Below are positions 48,074-57,213 of a stretch of 64,000 nt of DNA, one piece after another (the first letter of the stretch is position 1; every line of letters starts with the position of its first letter). The notes under the pieces were generated by a model. The model was not told where the DNA came from, did no database searches, and saw nothing but the letters and a program-made list of their open reading frames with translations. Position numbers and translations under genes: made by a program. The stretch is from Candidatus Thalassarchaeaceae archaeon (GTDB lineage Archaea > Thermoplasmatota > Poseidoniia > Poseidoniales > Thalassarchaeaceae): NCBI GenBank assembly GCA_029940695.1, contig JAPYUP010000005.1, positions 1,120-65,119 on the forward strand. Direction: 5' to 3'.

Positions 48074-49304
48074 TCGGCCTCTCAGGAGGCGGGGACGATG
48101 ATCTGTAGCTCAAGAAGAGGCCAACACTGGCGATAAAGAACAGAATTGGTATGGACAACTCGTCGATCGAAGGGGGGAACTGATTGATGATGCTGCTAAT
48201 TCCGAAGAAGGCTGCCATGATGGACAGGGCGCCCAACGTGCGGTTGTTGAACATCTTCTTCTGGAAGCCTCGCACGTGCCTTAGGATAGTCATCGCAGGC
48301 TCGGGCGCGCCAGACTGATTGGACACAGCCTCGATCACATCGAGCATGCATTGCTCGTACTCCCATATCGCCAACCCTCCACGATGGGCGTAGAATGCAT
48401 CTGTAGAGCACCAGTCCTCTGGCGCAGTCGATCTCCATCCATCTATCAGGGACGAGCGGAGCTCGACGATATCCAACTCGCTCCCGTAATTATGATGAAT
48501 CCTCGACAGGTCGTGGACTAGTGAAGCGAGGTCCCTGATAGCCGGGAACTCGCAATTAGGTTCGTTCAGGCAGTCCGCCATCCTCGGTCTACCTATCCTG
48601 ACAGTCTGTCCGACGGTGTCGGACAGCCTCACGTCTCCTAAGCTCAGCATGCAGGGGACGTCCCTGGTGAACGGAGCACGCCAGATCAAGTCAGCCCGGA
48701 GGCTCTCCTCCAAGGATGCGAAGTGGGCGTTCCAGCGTCGTGGGTCGGGAGGAGTGGTTCTGACGTCCTCGACCTCTGTGTGATAGTTTCCCAACACGGC
48801 GCCACACCTGTGTAGCACCTCCTTTGCCTGCGACGCGTCCCCGGATTCCAGAGAATCGATTAGTTCGGAACCAGCGTCGGGTCCCCCATCCTTGGCAAAT
48901 CGAACAAGGATGACGTCATCCCCGTTCCAAGTGTATCCCCCGCATGGAGCATCTGTGACCGATTGAGCCGAAGTGCAACGCCTCTTGAGGCGGCCATCGG
49001 AGCCCCAAGGAAGGAACTCGGCGAGCCACTTTGAGTCGGAGAACAGCGTGACTATGGGTCCGCGATTCGATGCCCCGGGCAACAGAGATTCGATTGCCCC
49101 CGGTTCTGGCACCTCGCCCCACGGCTCCAACTCTGATACGACTAGTTCCCAGTCCTCTGGACTGGCTAACTGCACTGGCTCGAGCATCTCGCATGTTAGG
49201 CCAATACCTGCGAATGCCACCGATTCGAATCCCGCTGGCGCCGATGCCTCGGTCTCGACCTCCGCCATCGCCACAGGCCTCCACACTCGAGTCCACTCGG
49301 CCAC
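48057..49304 (-). CDS. Hypothetical protein with C-terminal pair of TM helices
   Basis: 415 aa. GTG start (ATG alternative at 49268). No confident family assignment. Overlaps the gpmA 3' end by 17 nt in convergent orientation. Confidence 0.45.
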   Translation of the reverse strand: MAEWTRVWRPVAMAEVETEASAPAGFESVAFAGIGLTCEMLEPVQLASPEDWELVVSELEPWGEVPEPGAIESLLPGASNRGPIVTLFSDSKWLAEFLPWGSDGRLKRRCTSAQSVTDAPCGGYTWNGDDVILVRFAKDGGPDAGSELIDSLESGDASQAKEVLHRCGAVLGNYHTEVEDVRTTPPDPRRWNAHFASLEESLRADLIWRAPFTRDVPCMLSLGDVRLSDTVGQTVRIGRPRMADCLNEPNCEFPAIRDLASLVHDLSRIHHNYGSELDIVELRSSLIDGWRSTAPEDWCSTDAFYAHRGGLAIWEYEQCMLDVIEAVSNQSGAPEPAMTILRHVRGFQKKMFNNRTLGALSIMAAFFGISSIINQFPPSIDELSIPILFFIASVGLFLSYRSSSPPPERPITHSV

Positions 49305-49390
49305 CTCGACGCCCCTATGTCACGACAAGGTCCCGGGCTTCATTGAATCGGTCAGCGAAGGCTTGAATCACAGGGGCCCAAGGGAGCGAC

Positions 49391-49936
49391 ATGGAGGGGG
49401 TGGATTCAGGTATCCCTCTCGCAGTCGACATGGACGGCACGCTGATTCTCACCGACATGAGTTGGGTGAGCTTCTCGAAGGTGATTGTGAGGAGGCCGTG
49501 GATTCTACCGGGAATGCTGCTCAAGGAACTGACTGGACAGAGGGCGAAGTGGAAGCGCGACCTAGCCGAGCGGCTTGTCTTCGATCCCTCCGAGCTCGAT
49601 TATCATAGGGAGTTTCTGGACTGGTTGACCGGTGAACATGCGAAGGGCAGACACATAGTCTTGGCTACAGCATCCGATAGGATAGTCGCCGAACAGGTCG
49701 CCGGTCACGTCGGTCTGTTCTCCGATGTGATGGCATCGGACGTATCCTTCAACCTCCGTGGACAGCGCAAGGCAGAGTCATTGGTCGCTCGCTTCGGGGA
49801 GCATGGCTTCGGCTACGCTGGCAATAGCAAGCACGATTTGGTAGTCTGGAAGCACGCTGGCCAGGTAATAGTAGTGAACCCAGAAAAGGGGCTTCTAGAC
49901 AGTCTCGGAGACGATGCCGACATCATCTTCGAGTAG
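49391..49936 (+). CDS. HAD-superfamily hydrolase (phosphoserine phosphatase-like)
   Basis: Motif I AVDMDGTLI, then the downstream HAD motifs. Confidence 0.7.
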   Translation: MEGVDSGIPLAVDMDGTLILTDMSWVSFSKVIVRRPWILPGMLLKELTGQRAKWKRDLAERLVFDPSELDYHREFLDWLTGEHAKGRHIVLATASDRIVAEQVAGHVGLFSDVMASDVSFNLRGQRKAESLVARFGEHGFGYAGNSKHDLVVWKHAGQVIVVNPEKGLLDSLGDDADIIFE

Positions 49937-50158
49937 GGCTCGTAGGGGCACAGTTGGGCTTAACCGTTAGATGCGTCGGGCGGATGCATGGGTCGACGTC
50001 GTAAAGGTATAGGGCGTCGGATTGACAATCTAGCAAAGTGGTTGTTGGGATTCAGGGTCATCGCTGCACCCGCTAAGCTCTTCTCGAACTCAAGGATGGC
50101 TTGGAGCTTCGTTTCGAGGCTAGATAGGGTTCGCGTCAATCGCCAGCGAGACAGAATC

Positions 50159-50869
50159 ATGACGGAAGATTTGCCTCAGCACGTTTCGATAATCATGGAC
50201 GGCAACAGGAGGTTCGCTTGGAACCTTAGCCTAGGGAGGGAAATCGGACACAGGCACGGCAAGGAGAAGCTCAAGGAGGTGATGGACTGGATACTGGAGC
50301 TTGGCATACCATACTTGACCGTCTACGCTCTGTCAACTGAGAACATCAAGAGTCGGGACCCCGAGGAGCTAGAGTCTCTCTACGACCTCTATGTTACGGG
50401 TCTGCGGGAAATAGCCGAAGATCCGAGAATACACTCCAAGAAAGTTAGGGTTGGTGCTGCTGGACGAATCGAGAGCCTACCAGACAGGGTAAAGGAAGCG
50501 ATTTCCTACGCCGAGGAAAGGACGGCTACCTACTCTGATTTTACCTTCACGGTCTGCTTGGCCTATGGTGGCAGGGAGGAGATTGTCGATGCGGTCAAGA
50601 GGGTAGCAGCCGACCACGCCTCTGGCGATTTGGACCTCGAGGCAATCGATACCGCGGAGATCTCGAATCGCCTTTACGACGCACATATCCCCGACCCTGA
50701 CTTAGTAATCAGAACCAGTGGGGAGGAGCGCGTCTCGAACTTCCTGCTCTGGCAGATTGCGTACGCTGAGCTCTACTTCACCGATGTTCACTGGCCGTCG
50801 TTCTCCATGGGAGACCTGTACGACGCCGTCGAGACCTACCAAATCAGGAGGCGTAGATATGGCGGATGA
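50159..50869 (+). CDS. uppS: Undecaprenyl/di-trans,poly-cis-prenyl diphosphate synthase (cis-prenyltransferase)
   Basis: HVSIIMDGNRRFA, RTSGEERVSNFLLWQIAYAELYF. ORF track starts at 49988; ATG alternatives are 50096 and 50159. Confidence 0.85.
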   Translation: MTEDLPQHVSIIMDGNRRFAWNLSLGREIGHRHGKEKLKEVMDWILELGIPYLTVYALSTENIKSRDPEELESLYDLYVTGLREIAEDPRIHSKKVRVGAAGRIESLPDRVKEAISYAEERTATYSDFTFTVCLAYGGREEIVDAVKRVAADHASGDLDLEAIDTAEISNRLYDAHIPDPDLVIRTSGEERVSNFLLWQIAYAELYFTDVHWPSFSMGDLYDAVETYQIRRRRYGG

Positions 50870-51281
50870 GGCATACCTGAATCCAGCCGTCACTGTCGAT
50901 GCGATTGCTCTCCGCGAGGGTGTTGCCGGCACCGAGGCGCTTCTCATTAGAAGGGGGGAGCAGCCATGGAAGGGCAGGCTGGCGTTTCCTGGCGGCTTCG
51001 TCGACCGTGGAGAGGACCCGGAACACGCGGTGCTGCGAGAGTTGACCGAAGAGACCGGAGTAACGGGTTTTGAACCCGCGCTGTTCGCGGTCCACGGTGA
51101 CCCTCACCGCGATCCTAGGCAGCACATTGTCACCATATTCTACAAAGTATCAGTGAACTCAGATGCAGTGCCGCTTGCAGGAGACGATGCTATGCACGCC
51201 GAGTGGGTCTCTATCGAGGGACTACAGGCCAATCAGATGGCTGGAGACCATATCCGAATCATAGAGCGTCTCCGTGAGTAA
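50859..51281 (+). CDS. NUDIX hydrolase
   Basis: Nudix box GGFVDRGEDPEHAVLRELTEETGV. Overlaps the uppS stop by 11 nt. Confidence 0.85.
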   Translation: MADEAYLNPAVTVDAIALREGVAGTEALLIRRGEQPWKGRLAFPGGFVDRGEDPEHAVLRELTEETGVTGFEPALFAVHGDPHRDPRQHIVTIFYKVSVNSDAVPLAGDDAMHAEWVSIEGLQANQMAGDHIRIIERLRE

Positions 51282-51311
51282 TCCTATGACCTTGAAGCCT
51301 CTCGGGCGGTC

Positions 51312-51728
51312 ATGAGTCGAAAGTTGAAAATCGATACTGGCGAAACCAAGTTCGGGCCCTACAGCCCCGGAATCAACGTGAAGGACCACATCTGGCTGTC
51401 CGGGCAGGTCGACGTGGATGCCGGTGACGACATAGAGTCGCAGACACGTGGCACTCTAGACAAAATCGACGATTTGCTAGCAGCCGCCAACAGCTCCAAG
51501 GCCGACCTCGTCAAGGTCACGGTCCTGATGTCAGACATCGAAGATTACGCCAAAATCAATGATATCTATGGCGAGTGGCTCGGTGACACTATTCCTCCAG
51601 CGAGAGCGGCCTACGGAATTGGTAAGTTGCCGATGGGTGCTCTCGTCGAGATAGTCGGCGAGGCGTTCAGGTACTCAGGAGAATATCGTAATACTGAAAA
51701 TTCAGAAGAGTTAGTTAGTGACAATTAG
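51312..51728 (+). CDS. ridA: RidA/YjgF-family reactive-intermediate deaminase
   Basis: 138 aa with a characteristic YjgF/RidA sequence. Confidence 0.75.
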   Translation: MSRKLKIDTGETKFGPYSPGINVKDHIWLSGQVDVDAGDDIESQTRGTLDKIDDLLAAANSSKADLVKVTVLMSDIEDYAKINDIYGEWLGDTIPPARAAYGIGKLPMGALVEIVGEAFRYSGEYRNTENSEELVSDN

Positions 51729-51739
51729 GCGGCGAGAGT

Positions 51740-53125
51740 ATGAGCGTGTTCAAGGCCTACGACATCAGGGGCATCGCGGGCACGGAGTTGGACTCGGAGT
51801 TCGCCGAGCGTCTGGGGAGAGCCCTCGCTACGCACCTTGAAGCGAAGTGCGTGGCCGTCGTTAGAGACATTCGTGACTCGGGGCCGGAGTACCACGCGGC
51901 CTTCGTGAAGGGACTGAATGCGGCAGGCGCCGACGTCGTAGACATAGGGATCTCTACCACGGGGGTGCTCTATCGCTCGACTGTAGACCTCCCTGTTGAC
52001 GTGGCAGTCGCCATTACCGCTAGCCACAACCCACCTGAGTACAACGGTTACAAGATTTGCCACGGTACCATGCCGCTGGGTGGAGAAGAGTTGCAAGACA
52101 TCCGGAGGACGTTCGAGGCAGGAAATTTCCGTAAGGGAGAGGGATCGTACAATGCGGCCGAGGACTACGAGGAGAGTTACATCGATGCGGTCATCGGGAG
52201 CACCGGCAAGCCCGCACGCGATATCAGAGTAGCTCTAGATTGTGGAAACGCTGTTCCCGGGCCCCTCGCCGTTAGACTCCTAGAGCGCCTTGGTGTCGAT
52301 GTGATTCCAATCTACTGCGATTGGGATAATTCGTTCCCAAACCACCCCCCAGATCCCACGCGACCCGAGAACATGATCGATCTGGGACAAGCGGTAATCG
52401 AACACGGAGCTGAGTTCGGAATCGGGATGGACGGGGATGGGGATCGTTTGGCAGTGGTCGACGAGCAGGGGCGATTCATTCACCCTGATAGGCTGATGGG
52501 GATTTTCGCGAAGGATGTGCTGTCTAATTTGCCACAGGACGCTAGCGAGGAGCAGCGTACTATCTTCTACGACGTCAAGTGCAGCATGGCTCTCGAGGAG
52601 GCCATCGAGGGACTTGGCGGAGTTCCGCGCATGGTCCGCACTGGTCACACTTTCATGAAGCTCGAACTCAGGAATCATCCCACTGCGCCTATGGCTGGGG
52701 AAATGTCGGGCCACTTCTTCATGAACGATGACTGGCACGGCTTCGACGATGCACTGTACAACAGCGCACGGCTTCTCGAGATAGTCGGAAGAGACCAATC
52801 TCCCGAACAAGGGGGGCCCAAATTCTCTGAGCGATTCTCCTTCATGCCTGAGTACCCGACGACCAACGAGGGCAAGGTTCCGCTGTTAGGTGAGCGCGAG
52901 GAGGTCATGGCCGCAGTCATGGAAGCCTTCTCGGACATGGAGTGCTCCACAGTTGACGGAATCCGAGTGCGCTACGAGAACGGATGGTACCTTTGCCGCC
53001 CAAGCAACACCGAGCCAATCCTAGTAATGCGTGCAGAGGGACGCAGTCAGGAAGCTCTGGAGTCGATACTGGGCGATGTCGAGTCACGAATCGGTCACTT
53101 GGTTGAACTCGCGGAATTGCGCTGA
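51740..53125 (+). CDS. Phosphohexomutase (phosphoglucomutase/phosphomannomutase family)
   Basis: Active-site TASHNPPEYNGYK, metal-binding DGDGDR and sugar-binding loops. Confidence 0.85.
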   Translation: MSVFKAYDIRGIAGTELDSEFAERLGRALATHLEAKCVAVVRDIRDSGPEYHAAFVKGLNAAGADVVDIGISTTGVLYRSTVDLPVDVAVAITASHNPPEYNGYKICHGTMPLGGEELQDIRRTFEAGNFRKGEGSYNAAEDYEESYIDAVIGSTGKPARDIRVALDCGNAVPGPLAVRLLERLGVDVIPIYCDWDNSFPNHPPDPTRPENMIDLGQAVIEHGAEFGIGMDGDGDRLAVVDEQGRFIHPDRLMGIFAKDVLSNLPQDASEEQRTIFYDVKCSMALEEAIEGLGGVPRMVRTGHTFMKLELRNHPTAPMAGEMSGHFFMNDDWHGFDDALYNSARLLEIVGRDQSPEQGGPKFSERFSFMPEYPTTNEGKVPLLGEREEVMAAVMEAFSDMECSTVDGIRVRYENGWYLCRPSNTEPILVMRAEGRSQEALESILGDVESRIGHLVELAELR

Positions 53126-53171
53126 TTTCAACCGATTCGCTTATTCAGAATTTCATTGTGGTCGCCACGCT

Positions 53172-53248
53172 GCCACTGTAGCTTAGCCTGGTAGAGCGTC
53201 TGATTCGTAATCAGAAGGCCGGGAGTTCGAATCTCCCCAGTGGCTCCA
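53172..53248 (+). tRNA. tRNA-Thr (anticodon CGU), CCA encoded
   Basis: GCCACTG-TA-GCTT-AGCCTGGTA-GAGC-G-TCTGA-TTCGTAA-TCAGA-AGGCC-GGGAG-TTCGAAT-CTCCC-CAGTGGC-T-CCA. Perfect cloverleaf, 74 nt plus CCA. Confidence 0.85.
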
Positions 53249-54604
53249 TCAAGCACTCAGGCCAAACTCATCGAGCCTGTCGGAGAACTTCCGGCAAGAC
53301 TCCTTTAGCGCCCCGATTACAGGTAAAGAGTCGCCAGAGAGGAAGCACATGGTTGCACCGCCCCCGGTGCTGTTGTGGGTAATCTCGTGAGCAACGCCTC
53401 TCTGGTTGACGAGGGCGCTCGTGTGCCCCCCGCCGATGATAGTCATGGCTGAGGCCTCGGCACACATGTTGAGGATCTCTATGGTACCGAAGGCGAACCC
53501 AGGCAGTTCGAAGTAGGATGCCGGTCCGTTCCAGAGGATGCACCCCGCTTCCTTGACCAGTGGTCGGAGATTCATCAGAGTCTGGATGCCGATGTCGTAG
53601 ATTGGGTGCTCGGTAGGGAGGTCCCCCAAAGAGAGAGGATGTCGTTCACCCTCAATCTCGACGGCGAGATCTCGGGGCAGGAAGAGGAGTTCAGCGTAAT
53701 CGGAAGTTAGCTTCTCAGCCATTCCCCACGTCTCATCGAAGTCCTGGCCCATCATGTTCCTGATGAACTGCTTATTGCGCTCTCCTATATCGTTGCCATC
53801 GGCCCAGAGAATCAGATTTCCGGAGACGCCCACGAAGGCAATTCGGTCCACGTGTCCTCTGTCAATCAAGTTGAGAGCGACTTTCAGTGAGTCGTCGCAC
53901 TTGGCTCCACCGAGGATTGCCAAGTAGGGGTTTGGGGGGTCACGGATAGCGATGCGCAGACTCTCGATTTCCTCCTCCATCAGAGAACCGGCGATGCAAG
54001 GCAGGGTGTTCGCGAATCCAGTTAGTGTCGGTGACCTCCTGTGAGCGGTTGCGAAGGCGTCAGTCACGTAGACGTCTGCCACAGAGGCTAATCTCGCCAC
54101 AATGCCAGTCGACTCTGTGTCCTCGTTGGCGTCGTACTTAACGCCGTACTCCTCTTCGTGCTTCCGCACGTTGTCGAGGAAGATGATGTCACCATCGACC
54201 ATGCCCTCAATCGCCTCGATTGCCTCGTCGCCGCACACGTCGGGAACGAACCTGATGGGCTGACCCAATATCTTCGAGAGGCGCTCGCAGTGTCTGGCCA
54301 TGTCTGTGAAGTCCGTCCTGCCCGGTCTGGACTGGTGCGATAGGAGAGCAATCTTCGACCGTGAGAGTGATTGGAGGGTCGGGACGATGGCATGCAGTCT
54401 ACTGTCATCCAGCAAAATTCCTGTTGCTGGTTCCAACGGCGAATTGACGTCCACACGGTACAGTATGGTGCGTCCCTCAAGGCGAACGTCGTCCAGCGAC
54501 AGCACGCCTTCCACGACGCTCCCACCAACAGCCCGCCTTTGGCCGTTGTGGATACTGAAGAGGGTCAATTGCACCCAAAACGCCTTTCGTCTATGGCGGA
54601 GCAA
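53249..54604 (-). CDS. pgk: Phosphoglycerate kinase
   Basis: RVDVNSP and STGGGA motifs. The ORF track start at 54604 is TTG; the true start is probably about 100 nt downstream. Confidence 0.8.
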   Translation of the reverse strand: MLRHRRKAFWVQLTLFSIHNGQRRAVGGSVVEGVLSLDDVRLEGRTILYRVDVNSPLEPATGILLDDSRLHAIVPTLQSLSRSKIALLSHQSRPGRTDFTDMARHCERLSKILGQPIRFVPDVCGDEAIEAIEGMVDGDIIFLDNVRKHEEEYGVKYDANEDTESTGIVARLASVADVYVTDAFATAHRRSPTLTGFANTLPCIAGSLMEEEIESLRIAIRDPPNPYLAILGGAKCDDSLKVALNLIDRGHVDRIAFVGVSGNLILWADGNDIGERNKQFIRNMMGQDFDETWGMAEKLTSDYAELLFLPRDLAVEIEGERHPLSLGDLPTEHPIYDIGIQTLMNLRPLVKEAGCILWNGPASYFELPGFAFGTIEILNMCAEASAMTIIGGGHTSALVNQRGVAHEITHNSTGGGATMCFLSGDSLPVIGALKESCRKFSDRLDEFGLSA

Positions 54605-54606
54605 GC

Positions 54607-55866
54607 GTGAATGTGGTATGGGACCCCTCCAATCTCACCGGACCCGGCGGGCAAGACTGGCGTGTGCCTGTCTCAGAGCTCGAATCCAGACAGTCCAAAC
54701 TATCCATCAGCCTTGCAGAGGCAGGGATTGAGTCGGTATACATCGACGACCCCGTCGAACTCTACTGGTTGACCGGAGGACGTCAAAACTCCGCTATCCT
54801 GATTGGTGCCGACGGCTCTGGCATCGAGACACGGCACTGGGTCCGGCGATCGCTCGAGAGGGCGGAGTATGAGGCCGGTGGAGGCAACTGCCCCCACATC
54901 GTCGAGTCGCACCCCCGGATGGACGAACTCGAAGCATCGCTACTAGCGGCCGGATGCACGCGCGGTCCCGGACTCCTAGAGGGAAAGATTCCTTACGAAC
55001 ACTGGAGTTATTTCGACTCGAAACTCGGCGGACTCCGCGGAAATAGCGATGACTGTACCAAACTGCTCTTCGCATTGAGGGAGATCAAGTCCGATTGGGA
55101 GATTTCGATGGTTCGCGAGAGCGGCGATGTCAATCGATCGATGTTCGAGGCGATTCGGGATTGCGGCGGCTTGGGCAAGACCGAGCTCGAGATGGCTGGC
55201 GTCGCCGACGAAGTCAGCAGGTCAGCTGGATTTGGAGGCAGAATCCGCATGCGCAAATGGCCGATGGACTGCGATAGAGTAGTCATCGCCGCGGGTCACT
55301 CAGGAGCGGTACCCTCGTATTTCGACTCGGCTGTGGGGGGGCTCGGTGCCAGTCCGATATCCTCACTTGGCGCCGGTTTCGCCAAGGTCAAGAGAAATGA
55401 GCCTGTCCTCGTTGACATAGTGCACGTCCACAGAGGCTACGTCTCCGACTGCACGCGAATGTTCAGCGCAGGCTCGCTCTCCGGGGATTGGACCAGCAGG
55501 CTGGATGACATGATGGAAATCGGGGCTTCCGTGGTGGAGAGCTTGGGCAAGGGGGATGACTGCTCATCCGCATGGGACAGGGGCAGCAGCCAGGCAGCCG
55601 AGTTAGGTCATGCGGAACACCTCATGGGCATGGCCCCGGACCAGGCGAGTTTTCTAGGGCACTCGATTGGCCTCGAGTTAGATGAGACTCCGGTCGTGGC
55701 CCGTGGCTTCGATCGCCCTCTCGCCATCGGAGGCACCATGGCTATCGAACCCAAGGTCATCCACTCCGATGGTGCCATTGGAACCGAGGACACCTGGGTG
55801 AGGACGGATGATGGCATGGAGTGCCTAACTTCTGGTGCGGACTTCCCCCTGATTACGGAGTGGTGA
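54607..55866 (+). CDS. M24-family metallopeptidase (Xaa-Pro aminopeptidase/prolidase-like)
   Basis: Pita-bread fold metal ligands HSIGLELDE...E. GTG start. Confidence 0.75.
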   Translation: MNVVWDPSNLTGPGGQDWRVPVSELESRQSKLSISLAEAGIESVYIDDPVELYWLTGGRQNSAILIGADGSGIETRHWVRRSLERAEYEAGGGNCPHIVESHPRMDELEASLLAAGCTRGPGLLEGKIPYEHWSYFDSKLGGLRGNSDDCTKLLFALREIKSDWEISMVRESGDVNRSMFEAIRDCGGLGKTELEMAGVADEVSRSAGFGGRIRMRKWPMDCDRVVIAAGHSGAVPSYFDSAVGGLGASPISSLGAGFAKVKRNEPVLVDIVHVHRGYVSDCTRMFSAGSLSGDWTSRLDDMMEIGASVVESLGKGDDCSSAWDRGSSQAAELGHAEHLMGMAPDQASFLGHSIGLELDETPVVARGFDRPLAIGGTMAIEPKVIHSDGAIGTEDTWVRTDDGMECLTSGADFPLITEW

Positions 55867-55867
55867 C

Positions 55868-56389
55868 ATGCGCGAGAGGCCGGTAGTCTCGGTGTTCGGC
55901 TCGAACGACCTCTCTGACGCCCCTGAGACTGAAGTCATTTGCGAAGAACTCGGCAAAGCCATAGTTGATCTTGGATGCAAGGTTGCCTGTGGTGGTCTAG
56001 GGGGATCGATGACTGCCGTGTGCAGAGGGGCTCGGTCTAGCGATGGCTACCAGAGTGGGGACACTATTGGAATCCTGCCCATGGACGATGCAGACGCGGC
56101 AAACCCCTACGTCGACGTGGTAATCCCTACTGACCTTGGACTATTCCGCAACATGCTAGTCGCACGTGCCGGGGATGCGTGCATAGCTATCCGAGGTGGC
56201 TCGGGCACTCTCTCTGAGATAGCCTTCGCATGGCAGATCAACAAGCCTGTGGCCGCCATGTCCTCTACTGGAGGATGGTCGGGCGAGTTAGCCGGAAGTG
56301 CACTTGATCACCGAAGGAAGGACGTCGTCGCTGACCTGGCAAACGTAGACGATGCGGTGACTTGGCTCAAGGACGTCCTCGGCCTGTGA
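55868..56389 (+). CDS. LOG/TIGR00725-family Rossmann-fold protein
   Basis: ACGGLGGSMTAVCRGA...IAIRGGSGTLSEIAFA pattern. Confidence 0.55.
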   Translation: MRERPVVSVFGSNDLSDAPETEVICEELGKAIVDLGCKVACGGLGGSMTAVCRGARSSDGYQSGDTIGILPMDDADAANPYVDVVIPTDLGLFRNMLVARAGDACIAIRGGSGTLSEIAFAWQINKPVAAMSSTGGWSGELAGSALDHRRKDVVADLANVDDAVTWLKDVLGL

Positions 56390-56426
56390 GGATTAGTCCT
56401 ATGTCCGACGTCGTCCGCGACAACTC

Positions 56427-56720
56427 GTGAGTCGTACCAAGGTGGACGTTCAAAGGCGCCTCGCCCGCATCCTCAGGCACCGTCATGAACCTCATGGCAA
56501 ACCAATCATCGACCCCTCAATTCTCAAAGGCGTACAGATCGATGACGCTGGCATTGTGGAACTCTGGATACGGCCCCCACACCCACATTGCCCCTGCTGC
56601 CTAGATGACTTGATTGATCTCAGGAGGGCGGTAAAGGAGCAGAAGAACGTGCTTGCATGTCACGTAGAGGTGGTCGGGGTTCCCCAATCCGACCGTTGGA
56701 CTGCCGCTGTGAACGAGTAG
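56427..56720 (+). CDS. DUF59/MIP18-like Fe-S assembly domain protein
   Basis: 97 aa. GTG start. Weak similarity pattern only. Confidence 0.4.
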   Translation: MSRTKVDVQRRLARILRHRHEPHGKPIIDPSILKGVQIDDAGIVELWIRPPHPHCPCCLDDLIDLRRAVKEQKNVLACHVEVVGVPQSDRWTAAVNE

Positions 56721-56726
56721 AAGTAG

Positions 56727-56897
56727 CTACTCGTCGGGATTAGTGTCCGCAGAATCGTCCCAGCTCCTACTCTGTCGCTCCTCGACCTCCTTGAGTTTCG
56801 AGCGGATTCTGCTTGAGATCCACCACAATCCCACGCCGAGGCCGATAATCGAAATTGCGAGTGCTTTCAGCAGCTCCGGGTCGCTCCAGTCAGCCAT
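56727..56897 (-). CDS. Unannotated 56-aa single-TM micro-protein (below the ORF-track cutoff)
   Basis: ATG at 56895-56897 gives MADWSDPELLKALAISIIGLGVGLWWISSRIRSKLKEVEERQSRSWDDSADTNPDE. One hydrophobic helix. Fills the 185-bp convergent gap. Confidence 0.3.
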   Translation of the reverse strand: MADWSDPELLKALAISIIGLGVGLWWISSRIRSKLKEVEERQSRSWDDSADTNPDE

Positions 56898-56905
56898 GGT
56901 CTCGC

Positions 56906-57205
56906 CTACAGTGGGGGAATGACGTCAATGTCACAGGAACCCGATGTGTAAAGGCAGCATGTTAGGATGCCGCCATCAGCTACCAGATCCTCGTCCAAGC
57001 CCGGGGGAAGCTCCTCTGGAAGCTCAACCGTGCCTCGAACCAGCCTAACCAAGCAGGTTCCGCAGTTGCCAGAAGTGCAACTGGTTGGAATCGTGACGCC
57101 GGCGTGTTCGGCAATCTCCACCAAAGGAGTCTCAGGATCTGCGGGAGCGGTTCCGATAATCGCCGAGCCGCGATAGAACCGAATGATTGGAGAGCCCTCC
57201 GACAT
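56906..57205 (-). CDS. [2Fe-2S] plant-type ferredoxin
   Basis: CTSGNCGTC...LTCC cysteine pattern. The ORF track start at 57385 overlaps the upstream gene; internal ATG at 57203-57205 gives about 100 aa. Confidence 0.65.
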   Translation of the reverse strand: MSEGSPIIRFYRGSAIIGTAPADPETPLVEIAEHAGVTIPTSCTSGNCGTCLVRLVRGTVELPEELPPGLDEDLVADGGILTCCLYTSGSCDIDVIPPL

Positions 57206-57213
57206 CGGAGTCC

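Noticed and set aside
49937-50158. 220-bp gap before uppS screened for a tRNA/SRP-like RNA (GGGCTCGTAGGGG...)
   Set aside because: No cloverleaf or conserved T-loop could be folded. More likely a 5' UTR or alternative N-terminus of uppS (ATG at 50096).
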